A stretch of 44,555 bases of DNA from an uncultured Clostridia bacterium. Lineage in GTDB: Bacteria > Bacillota > Clostridia > Oscillospirales > Acutalibacteraceae. The notes under the pieces were generated by a model. It had not been told where the DNA came from. It saw nothing but the letters and a program-made list of their open reading frames with translations, and made no database searches. The stretch lies in contig CALYNN010000001.1 in assembly GCA_945221685.1 (NCBI GenBank), forward strand, positions 1-44,555. Reading direction: 5' to 3'. Position numbers and translations under genes: made by a program. Below are positions 9,746 through 17,721 of the stretch, one piece after another (positions within the stretch are counted from its first letter, which is position 1; each line of letters starts with the position of its first letter).

Positions 9746-10447
9746 TTATTGAAAATGGAAGCTCTTAACTACGCTTTCGGGAGTGGAAAGCATAATTTTT
9801 AGATTTCCGTTTAATGCTCTTACATCGTCCATCATTTCTCTTATTTGCGACGAATCCTTCATTCTTATGTCAAAGCTTATTTCAAACAGGGCGCCGAAAT
9901 CAACGCTCTTTACACGGCTCATTTTATAGTTAGAGCAGTATTTTTTCAGGCACTCATCGAAAGCACCTACATAGTTTAGAGTTTCGGGGACGGTTATTTT
10001 AAGCACATAATTGTCGCCCTTTTTGCCTGCGAAATTTGAAAAATGCAAAACAAGTATAATAACGCAGAGAACAGCGGTGGCGAGAAATGCCCAAATCCAA
10101 TAACCGAGTCCGCAGGTAAGTCCCATTGTTACGCTCATAAATACAAAGGCAATATCCTTTGGATCGCCGGGGGCGGAACGGAAACGAACAAGTGCAAAGG
10201 CACCGGCAAGGCTAAAGGCTGTTGCAACATTGTTGCCGATAACAAGAATTACCATTCCAACGATAGGCGCAAGCAAAATCAGTGCCACGCAAAACGCCTG
10301 ACTGTATCCCTCTTTTTTGTGGGTAAACAAATAAACAAGGCTTATTATAAGTCCTATAACTGCGGCTGAAACAAGGGTTACAATTACGCCCTTGGCGTCC
10401 AGGGTTGCCGACTCACCGGAGGTGAGAGCATATAAAAAATCTTCCAT
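9746..10447 (-). CDS. DUF4956 domain membrane protein
   Basis: Multiple TM helices and signature IGNNVATAFSLAGAFALVRFRSAPGDPKDIAFVF. Soluble C-terminal domain. Lies downstream of the VTC gene. Confidence 0.9.
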   Translation of the reverse strand: MEDFLYALTSGESATLDAKGVIVTLVSAAVIGLIISLVYLFTHKKEGYSQAFCVALILLAPIVGMVILVIGNNVATAFSLAGAFALVRFRSAPGDPKDIAFVFMSVTMGLTCGLGYWIWAFLATAVLCVIILVLHFSNFAGKKGDNYVLKITVPETLNYVGAFDECLKKYCSNYKMSRVKSVDFGALFEISFDIRMKDSSQIREMMDDVRALNGNLKIMLSTPESVVKSFHFQ

Positions 10448-10460
10448 TTATGTATTCTCC

Positions 10461-11243
10461 TTACAAATTTTTGAAATAGTCAAAATCTACTCGGTTGCCG
10501 TCTGCGTCATACAAAAAGTATTCGAGCTTTCTTTCCTCGGCATCCTTCTTATACTTAACGCCGTATTTGGAAAAGCCGTGGCTGAACAAACCGTTTTCGC
10601 TTAATATTTTTGTAAGCCAAAGCGGCATTGCGCCGAGAATTTTTATTTCCATTATATATTCGCCGCCGGGAAGCAGCAATTCATCCTCGTCGCTTTCGCC
10701 AAATACAAAATTTGACCTTCTTGTTCTGACATTTCTGTCGAAGGTCATTCTGAAATTTTTATCCTCCTTGCCGAAAAGAGCAAGCCTGTCGTACTGAACA
10801 TAAAGAGCCGGATGCACCTTGTTCATCTTTAGGTAATACTGTAGCTCCTTGGCAACCTGCGCCGAAAGATAGTCCTTTGTTTTAGGTAAAATACCCTCGT
10901 TAACAAAGGGCTCAATCTCCTTGATTTTCAGCTTAATTCTGCGCTTATTGCCCTGCCCCTCGCTTTTCTTTTTTATTTCCATAAAGATTTTATCCTCGGG
11001 GTCTTTTCGGTCGTAATAGGAGCGAATACGCATTTTTTCCTTATACACGGGACCCGATGAATTTTGCCTTATTACATCGTGGTTATCCGTATCGTAATAA
11101 ATGCTGTAAATTCGGTACTCGTTGCCGTTTAGGCAAAACGGGTCAAGCTCCATATACTCCAGCAGGGAGGGTAGTATTTGGTCAAGCTTTTCTTTTGTTA
11201 TGAGATATTTTTTCTCATAGCGCTTAAATGTAGCAATAGCCAA
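10461..11243 (-). CDS. VTC domain (polyphosphate-polymerase-like, CYTH/TTM superfamily) protein
   Basis: TTG start after GGGGG RBS. Motifs FKRYEKKY, IYSIYYDT, KEKMRIRSY, EIKKK, KRR, YDRLA, RMTFD, MEIK and FSKY. Confidence 0.9.
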   Translation of the reverse strand: MAIATFKRYEKKYLITKEKLDQILPSLLEYMELDPFCLNGNEYRIYSIYYDTDNHDVIRQNSSGPVYKEKMRIRSYYDRKDPEDKIFMEIKKKSEGQGNKRRIKLKIKEIEPFVNEGILPKTKDYLSAQVAKELQYYLKMNKVHPALYVQYDRLALFGKEDKNFRMTFDRNVRTRRSNFVFGESDEDELLLPGGEYIMEIKILGAMPLWLTKILSENGLFSHGFSKYGVKYKKDAEERKLEYFLYDADGNRVDFDYFKNL

Positions 11244-11256
11244 AGCTTTACCCCCA

Positions 11257-11273
11257 TGTTAAATCCATGTTAA
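11257..11273 (-). promoter_or_regulatory. OmpR/PhoP-type direct-repeat operator TTAACA-N5-TTAACA
   Basis: Minus strand reads TTAACATGG-AT-TTAACATGG (11-bp period), between the predicted -10 and the RBS of the VTC gene. Confidence 0.55.
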
Positions 11274-11287
11274 TTTTTTACACATAA

Positions 11288-11316
11288 ATTATACTTTATT
11301 ACCCTTATTAAGTCAA
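11288..11316 (-). promoter_or_regulatory. Sigma-A promoter of VTC operon
   Basis: TTGACT-N17-TATAAT on the minus strand. Confidence 0.8.
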
Positions 11317-11449
11317 TGAAAAAATCAACACTTTTTATAAAAAATGTATAAAATTTCTAACAATTTTGTTTTTATTTCATAGTTGTTTGGTCACTTAACG
11401 GCAGAATATTAATTATGCAAAACAAGTCTATTATTATTTGCCGAAAGCC

Positions 11450-11478
11450 TTGCAAACACTGAAAATTAATGATATAAT
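11450..11478 (+). promoter_or_regulatory. Sigma-A promoter of TetR-HK-RR operon
   Basis: TTGCAA-N17-TATAAT with TGn extended -10. Confidence 0.7.
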
Positions 11479-11557
11479 CAACACAAGCAAAATAATGAAC
11501 ATATGACATTAATATTACAAAAAAAGCAAAATGCAAATGAAAGGCTACGGTGATGAA

Positions 11558-12172
11558 ATGGCAAAAAAAGACGGCTCGGAGGATTTAAGGATTAAAAGAA
11601 CGCAAAGAGCAATTAAGGACGCTTTTTATTCTTTGGTTGAGGAAAAGGGCTTTGAGCACATAACGGTTAAGGATATTACCGAAAGGGCAATGATAAGCCG
11701 CAATACCTTTTATCTTCACTATACCGACAAATACGATTTGCTCAACAGGCAGTGCGACGATTTAATGCGCACACTGTTTTTTAAGGTCGGCAAGCAGCTT
11801 CGTACAGTTAAAAGAACGGATTTTACCGTTGACGGTATAGCCGGTATTATTTCGCAGGGAATTAAGGTTGTTGACGAGGATAAGGAGTGCTACCGCATAC
11901 TGCTTGGTGATGTCAGCGCGGATATTCTTACAACCAAGATGACAAATATTGTTCGCCGTTCAATAGACTACATAAAAAAGGATATTGCAAAGCTCAGTGA
12001 TTTTCAAATGGAGTATATCGTTTGCGGAATGACCGGACTGATTAAATATTATGTTACTCATCAGGTTGACGATATTGACGAAGAATGCAGAAAATTTACG
12101 GCGCTTAATTTATACAAGCTTATTGAGCTGGGAGAAAAAATAAGAAACAAAAAAGAGAAAGCGTACAACTAA
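11558..12172 (+). CDS. TetR/AcrR family transcriptional regulator
   Basis: DLRIKRTQRAIKDAFYSLVEEKGFEHITVKDITERAMISRNTFYLHYTDKYDLL HTH. Start chosen at the ATG after the GGTG RBS (alternative start 11531). Confidence 0.9.
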   Translation: MAKKDGSEDLRIKRTQRAIKDAFYSLVEEKGFEHITVKDITERAMISRNTFYLHYTDKYDLLNRQCDDLMRTLFFKVGKQLRTVKRTDFTVDGIAGIISQGIKVVDEDKECYRILLGDVSADILTTKMTNIVRRSIDYIKKDIAKLSDFQMEYIVCGMTGLIKYYVTHQVDDIDEECRKFTALNLYKLIELGEKIRNKKEKAYN

Positions 12173-13716
12173 TGAGCAAAAAGAAGGAAAGCAAAAAAAG
12201 AAGCTCCAAAAACCTGAAAATAACGACGCGAATTGTTATGACCTCTGTTTTGGGAATAGTGCTTCCGCTGATAATTATTTCAACATTTTCAACAGTTTTT
12301 GTAAACACCATTGCCTCGTATTTCAATTTTGCATCGGTAACCACAAACAGCTACAGCACCGTAAATCAGCTTCAGTGGAGCCAAACGCTTTCAACCATAA
12401 CCGACGAGCTGACAGGTGATGACAGCGAAAACAAGAAGCTTGAAAAAATCCGCGATTTCGTTGAGCCGCTGGAGCAGGTTAATTCGCTTATATATATTGA
12501 AAAAAACGGCGTTCCCTTTTATTCCACCCAAGATGGCAGTAAAATAACAGAGCTTGCAAACAATCTTGTAAAAATTGAAGACGGCAAAAACCTTAACTAT
12601 TTCGGCGACGGCGGACTCGTTATTGTTAATCACGCAGAGAAGGGCGACGCAAAATACCGAATTGTTATTGTTAACGAAGATTACACCGTTAATAATTCCG
12701 ACAAAAAAATTAACGCCCAAAGCTTTACAAAAGTGCTTCTCAGCCGAACAGGTTTAATTGTGCTTATAATCGTTTTGCTGTTTGTAATTTCCATAGGCGT
12801 TATTTCGGTTATAACCTCGCAAACGATAGTAAAGCCTGTTAAAAAAATAGCGCGCGGCGCAGAGGAAATTGCAAAGGGAAACCTTGATTACGAAATCGAC
12901 TACGACTCAACAAATGAGTTAGGTCAAACTGTTGACAGCTTTAACAATATGCGGCTGAGGCTGAAAAAATCACTTCAAACTCAGCAGGAGGCGCAGGAGG
13001 CAAAGCAGGCTGTTGTTGCAGGAATTGCCCACGATTTAAGAACTCCCCTAACCTCTGTTAAGGGCTATGCCGAGGGACTGCGTGACGGAATTGCAAATAC
13101 CCCGGAAAAGCAACGGCAGTATGTTGACATAATCTGCGAATCAATAAATAATACAGAAAAAATACTTGACGATTTGCTGACAATTTCAAAATTAGAGTTG
13201 GGCGGTCTTGAGCTTGAAACGGCTCCCGTAAACGCACGGGAATTATTTGACGACGCGGCGGCAGATATTAAGCGTTCTCTTGAAACGGTTGACTTTGATT
13301 TTACATACGCCTGCCACTGCGGAGCAGACACGGTAATTTGCGTTGATACCGACAGATTTGCGCGAGTAATCAGCAACATTATTTCTAACTCCGTCAAATA
13401 TGCAAGACCCGACATTAAGGGCAGTATATATATGGCTCTCAACGAATACGAGCGTTCCGTTATTCTTGAAATAAGCGACAACGGCATAGGCGTTGACAAG
13501 CAAAACCTTACTAAAATTTTTGATGTTATGTATAGAACCGACCCTGCAAGAACAAAGGTTTCGGACGGCTCCGGACTTGGATTATCGGTCTGCCGTCAGA
13601 TTGTTGAGCTTCACGGCGGAACAATTTGGGCAACAGGCAGGAAGGGCAACGGCTTATCTATATTTATTTCACTACCGAAAAGGGTGACAGAAAATGAAGA
13701 AAATTCTGATAATTGA
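12172..13716 (+). CDS. HAMP-domain sensor histidine kinase
   Basis: Two TM helices flank an extracellular domain. HAMP, IAHDLRTPLTSVKGY H-box, NIISNSVKY, DNGIG and GSGLGL. TAATG overlap with tetR. Confidence 0.93.
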   Translation: MSKKKESKKRSSKNLKITTRIVMTSVLGIVLPLIIISTFSTVFVNTIASYFNFASVTTNSYSTVNQLQWSQTLSTITDELTGDDSENKKLEKIRDFVEPLEQVNSLIYIEKNGVPFYSTQDGSKITELANNLVKIEDGKNLNYFGDGGLVIVNHAEKGDAKYRIVIVNEDYTVNNSDKKINAQSFTKVLLSRTGLIVLIIVLLFVISIGVISVITSQTIVKPVKKIARGAEEIAKGNLDYEIDYDSTNELGQTVDSFNNMRLRLKKSLQTQQEAQEAKQAVVAGIAHDLRTPLTSVKGYAEGLRDGIANTPEKQRQYVDIICESINNTEKILDDLLTISKLELGGLELETAPVNARELFDDAAADIKRSLETVDFDFTYACHCGADTVICVDTDRFARVISNIISNSVKYARPDIKGSIYMALNEYERSVILEISDNGIGVDKQNLTKIFDVMYRTDPARTKVSDGSGLGLSVCRQIVELHGGTIWATGRKGNGLSIFISLPKRVTENEENSDN

Positions 13717-14380
13717 AGATGACGAAAATATTTTGCAGCTTGAGAAGGATTACCTTGAGGCAAACGGCTTTGACACACAATGCTACGGTGACGGAGCAAA
13801 GGGACTTAAAGCGGCACTGGAGCAGGATTTTGATTTAATACTGCTTGATATTATGCTTCCAAGCTTAAACGGCTTTGAAGTCTGCCGTCAAATAAGAGAA
13901 AAGAAAAACACCCCTATTTTGCTCGTAAGTGCAAAAAAGGGTGAAAGCGACAAAATAAACGGTTTAGGCTTCGGTGCCGATGATTATATTGTTAAGCCGT
14001 TTTCTCCCGGTGAGCTTGTGGCAAGAGTAAAGGCTCACATCAGCAGATACGAAAGGCTGACGGAGCCGCAGGTAAAAAACACATCTTCGGTTGAAATAGG
14101 AAATCTTTGCCTTAACAGAGATACCGGCGAGGTAAATGCCAACGGCAAGGAGGTTGTACTTACCCGCAAGGAATTCGAGGTTTTGTATCTGCTTGCGGAA
14201 AAGCCGGACACTGTTTTTTCAAAAAACAGTCTTTTTGAAGCAGTATGGGGCTACGACTCATTAGGCGATACCTCTACGCTGACGGTACACATTAACCGCA
14301 TACGCGACAAGCTTAAGGAGGCAGACCCCGACTGCGATTACATAAAAACAGTTTGGGGCAGAGGGTACAAGTTTAAATAA
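13694..14380 (+). CDS. OmpR/PhoB family response regulator
   Basis: ILIIEDD, LLDIMLP and GADDYIVKPF receiver motifs; winged-helix C-terminus ...VHINRIRDKL...IKTVWGRGYKF. Confidence 0.95.
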   Translation: MKKILIIEDDENILQLEKDYLEANGFDTQCYGDGAKGLKAALEQDFDLILLDIMLPSLNGFEVCRQIREKKNTPILLVSAKKGESDKINGLGFGADDYIVKPFSPGELVARVKAHISRYERLTEPQVKNTSSVEIGNLCLNRDTGEVNANGKEVVLTRKEFEVLYLLAEKPDTVFSKNSLFEAVWGYDSLGDTSTLTVHINRIRDKLKEADPDCDYIKTVWGRGYKFK

Positions 14381-14477
14381 TCATTTTAGTGAATAGTTAA
14401 TGGGTAACAGGAAAGGGTCTGCGACGCAAAGGATAATTAATTTTTTGGCGTGGTTCAGACCGCTTATCGAAGTTTAA

Positions 14478-14514
14478 CACCGCAGGGAAACGGAATTCCC
14501 TGCGGTGCTTTTTT
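14478..14514 (+). terminator. Rho-independent terminator between convergent genes
   Basis: CACCGCAGGGAA-acggaa-TTCCCTGCGGTG-c-TTTTTT. Confidence 0.85.
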
Positions 14515-14536
14515 ATGCCTATTTCTTTTTTTATGC

Positions 14537-17233
14537 TTATTTCTTTTTCTTTTCTGCGGCACGCTGAATTGCCTTTACAATTTCTACAATCGGAATTACG
14601 AGAACCGCCAATGCCAAAGCGGTAGCATATTCTGCAAGACTGATATGAGCAAAATCAAAAGCGTCGGCAAGGAACGGAATATAAATAACTGCTGTTGAAA
14701 GCACAAGGCTCAATGCCATTGCGCCAACAAGATACCAGTTCACACTGCCCATTTTTGCTATTGACTGACGGCGGGAGCGCATATTAAAGGAATGGAATAT
14801 TTCGCTCATTGCAAGAGTAAGGAACGCCATAGTCATACCGTTTTGATGAAGCAGAGGATTGTTTGCATCGTTGACGGCAATTATTTCCGCAAAGGAAAGC
14901 TTTGCGGGCGAAGCCATAATAATGCCTGCAACATAGGCGGCAAGGGTAAGAACGGTTACCATAACGCCCTGATATGCACAGTCAAAGCCCATTCCGCCTG
15001 CAAAAATACCGTCCTTGGAATTACGGGGCTTACGCTTCATAATATCTTTTTCGCCCTTTTCAAGACCGAGAGCAAGTGCCGGGAAGCAGTCTGTAATCAG
15101 GTTAATCCAAAGCAGGTGAACAGGCTCAAACAGGGTAAAGCCAAAGAGGGTTGCAATGAAAATCGAAAGCACCTCGGAAAGATTTGAGGAAAGCAGGAAC
15201 TGAATAGAATTACGAATATTATCGTAAATTCTTCTTCCCTCCTCAACTGCGGAAACGATAGTCGCAAAGTTATCATCGGCAAGAACCATATCGGCAACAT
15301 TTTTTGTTACATCAGTACCTGTAATGCCCATACCTACGCCTATGTCGGCGTTTTTAATTGACGGTGCGTCGTTAACGCCGTCACCTGTCATAGCGGTAAT
15401 CATATTTTTCGCCTTCCAGGTTTTAACAATTCTTACCTTATGCTCAGGCTGAACACGGGCATAAACCGAATATTTTTCAATTTCGGTTAAGAAATCCTCA
15501 TCGCTTATCTTATCAAGCTCGGCGCCTGTTATTGCGCCGGAGGCGTCGCTGATAATTCCCAAATCCTTTGCGATTGCAACTGCCGTATCCTTGTGGTCAC
15601 CTGTTATCATAATAGGTCTTATGCCTGCCTGACGACATTCCTTAATTGCGTCAACAACCTCGGGGCGAACAGGGTCAATCATACCTGTAAGACCAATATA
15701 ACAAAGGTCATGCTCAAGAGCATCTGCCTCCTCGCTTTCGGGCTTTTCGCCGTAGGTGCGCATTGCACAGCAAAGAACGCGGAGCGCCTTATCTGCCATA
15801 GCCTTGTTGTCGGCGGCAATTTCGCTTCTCTTTTCATCTGTCATTGGAAGCTGCTTGCCGTCCTCATAATATGTGGTACATTTTGAAAGAACAATATCCG
15901 GTGCGCCCTTTGTGTATTGAATAAAGCCGTGCTGGGATTGATGAACGGTGCTCATCATTTTTCTTGATGAATCAAAGGGAGCCTCCATTACTCTCGGAAA
16001 AGCTTTTTCAAGGTCATATTTAGGAAGCTCAAGCTTTTGTGCATAGGCTACAAGAGCCGCCTCGGTAGGCTCGCCCTTAACGGTGCCGTCGTCCTGAAGC
16101 TCGGCGTCGCAGCAAAGTGCCATTGCCGAAGCAAGCAGTTTTTCGTCACTGCCCCTGTACTCAACAACAGTCATTTTGTTTTGAGTAAGAGTTCCTGTTT
16201 TATCGGAGCAGATTATTTGAGTACAGCCGAGAGTTTCAACTGCGGTAAGCTGACGGATAACTGCATTTCGCTTGCTCATTTTTGTTACGCCGATAGAAAG
16301 CACGATGGTAACAACGGCGGCAAGTCCCTCGGGAATTGCGGCAACGGCAAGAGAAACGGCTACCATAAAGGTATCAAGCACGGAGCTGAAATTAATAGCC
16401 TCGCCGGTAACGATAGAACGAATTATATCAAAAGCAAATATAAATACGCAGATACCGAGAACGATAAAGGAAAGGATTTTTGAAAGCTGGGCAAGCTTAA
16501 TTTGGAGAGGCGTCTGACCCTCCTCTGCCGTTGCAAGAGCGTCGGCAATTTTACCCATTTCGGTATCCATACCTGTTGCAACAACCACTGCCTTGCCGTG
16601 ACCGTAAACAACATTTGAGCCCATATAGCACATATTTTTTCTGTCGCCAAGGGGTACATCATCACTGCCAAGAGGGTCAATTACTTCTGCCGTTTTGTTA
16701 ACGGGAACAGACTCGCCCGTCAGAGCCGCTTCTTCAATCTTCATTGAAGCGCAGCTGATAATACGGCAGTCGGCGGGAACGGAGTCACCGGCTTCAAGCA
16801 CAACAACATCGCCCACAACCAAATCCTCGGAACGAATATCGGTGAGCTTGCCGTCGCGGATAACCTTTGAGGTGGCGGCGGCTATTTCCTGCAGGGCTTC
16901 AATGGCTTTTTCTGCCTTGCTTTCCTGATAAACACCCAAAACGGCGTTGATGATAACAACAACCATTATGATTATTACATCGGCATAGCCCTCGCCCTCA
17001 CCGCCGATTGCGGCAGTAACAGCGGAAATAACTGCGGCAACAATAAGAATAATAATCATCGGGTCGGCAAGCTGCTTTAAAAACCTGCTGAAAAGAGATT
17101 GCTTTTTAGCCTCGGCAAGCTTGTTTTTGCCGTTTTTTTCAAGCCTGGACGCCGCTTCTGCGGAGCTGATTCCCTCCTCGGAGGAGGAAACTGCCTTCAG
17201 CACATCCTTAAAGCTCTGTAAATATTCTTTCAT
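14537..17233 (-). CDS. Cation-translocating P-type ATPase, type IIA (Ca2+/Mn2+)
   Basis: LTGES, AIPEGL, ICSDKTGTLT, KGAPD, MITGD and TGDGVNDAPS motifs; C-terminal TM bundle with WINLITD. Confidence 0.95.
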   Translation of the reverse strand: MKEYLQSFKDVLKAVSSSEEGISSAEAASRLEKNGKNKLAEAKKQSLFSRFLKQLADPMIIILIVAAVISAVTAAIGGEGEGYADVIIIMVVVIINAVLGVYQESKAEKAIEALQEIAAATSKVIRDGKLTDIRSEDLVVGDVVVLEAGDSVPADCRIISCASMKIEEAALTGESVPVNKTAEVIDPLGSDDVPLGDRKNMCYMGSNVVYGHGKAVVVATGMDTEMGKIADALATAEEGQTPLQIKLAQLSKILSFIVLGICVFIFAFDIIRSIVTGEAINFSSVLDTFMVAVSLAVAAIPEGLAAVVTIVLSIGVTKMSKRNAVIRQLTAVETLGCTQIICSDKTGTLTQNKMTVVEYRGSDEKLLASAMALCCDAELQDDGTVKGEPTEAALVAYAQKLELPKYDLEKAFPRVMEAPFDSSRKMMSTVHQSQHGFIQYTKGAPDIVLSKCTTYYEDGKQLPMTDEKRSEIAADNKAMADKALRVLCCAMRTYGEKPESEEADALEHDLCYIGLTGMIDPVRPEVVDAIKECRQAGIRPIMITGDHKDTAVAIAKDLGIISDASGAITGAELDKISDEDFLTEIEKYSVYARVQPEHKVRIVKTWKAKNMITAMTGDGVNDAPSIKNADIGVGMGITGTDVTKNVADMVLADDNFATIVSAVEEGRRIYDNIRNSIQFLLSSNLSEVLSIFIATLFGFTLFEPVHLLWINLITDCFPALALGLEKGEKDIMKRKPRNSKDGIFAGGMGFDCAYQGVMVTVLTLAAYVAGIIMASPAKLSFAEIIAVNDANNPLLHQNGMTMAFLTLAMSEIFHSFNMRSRRQSIAKMGSVNWYLVGAMALSLVLSTAVIYIPFLADAFDFAHISLAEYATALALAVLVIPIVEIVKAIQRAAEKKKK

Positions 17234-17280
17234 CTTTGCATCTCCTGTAAAAAATTTTCAGGGAAAAACCCTCGTATAAA

Positions 17281-17404
17281 ACAAAAGCCCGTACATAGCA
17301 AAAACTATGTACGAGTCTCATTCTTTAAAGCTAAACCAGCCGAAAGGCACGATGTTGATTTAGCTCACACTAACGAATTGTGTGGAATTACTCCCCCGAA
17401 TTGC
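17281..17404 (-). ncRNA. yybP-ykoY (Mn2+-sensing) riboswitch with terminator expression platform
   Basis: Minus strand reads GGGGGAGTA...CACAC/GTGTG stem...CTAAA-TCAACATC-GCC/GGC-TGG-TTTAG...GAGACTC, then hairpin CTCGTACATAG/CTATGTACGGG-CTTTTGT. It lies between a consensus promoter and a P-type ATPase, the established context for this riboswitch (e.g. Lactococcus yoaB). Confidence 0.8.
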
Positions 17405-17408
17405 TCAT

Positions 17409-17437
17409 ATTATACCACAAAACCAAAACAGTGTCAA
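17409..17437 (-). promoter_or_regulatory. Consensus sigma-A promoter of riboswitch/ATPase
   Basis: TTGACA-N17-TATAAT with TGn extension. Confidence 0.9.
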
Positions 17438-17523
17438 CGAGAACAATTATCGGTTTGCAACATTTTTATATAATTGTATAAAAACAGTTTGTGCAAAAGA
17501 CTTTAAAAAATTCGCAGAGAGGC

Positions 17524-17554
17524 AAAGAAAAAGGAGACGGCTTGCGCCGTCTCC
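17524..17554 (-). terminator. Rho-independent terminator of the dockerin operon
   Basis: GGAGACGG-cgcaag-CCGTCTCC-TTTTTCTTT on the minus strand. Confidence 0.85.
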
Positions 17555-17586
17555 CCGGAAATTAATCCTTATTGACTAATTATAAA

Positions 17587-17697
17587 TTAGTCCCAAATGT
17601 TGTTGTCTTCAATCGGGTCCGGAGAAGATGCTGTAAGAACATCAAACTTCGCGAACTCTTCGATTTCAGCAACGGGCTTTGTGTAAATCTCTTTCAT
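17587..17697 (-). CDS. Unannotated 36-aa peptide MKEIYTKPVAEIEEFAKFDVLTASSPDPIEDNNIWD
   Basis: Below the ORF-track cutoff. GGAGGA RBS 7 nt upstream. Starts 24 nt after the stop of the 1096-aa gene and ends 32 nt before the terminator stem. Confidence 0.85.
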   Translation of the reverse strand: MKEIYTKPVAEIEEFAKFDVLTASSPDPIEDNNIWD

Positions 17698-17721
17698 ATA
17701 CTAATCCTCCATTACCTTAAA

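Noticed and set aside
14509-14546. Short imperfect duplication (TTTTTTATGCyTATTTCTTTT) at the ATPase 3' end
   Set aside because: Low-complexity local slippage next to a terminator, with no mobile element or target-site context.
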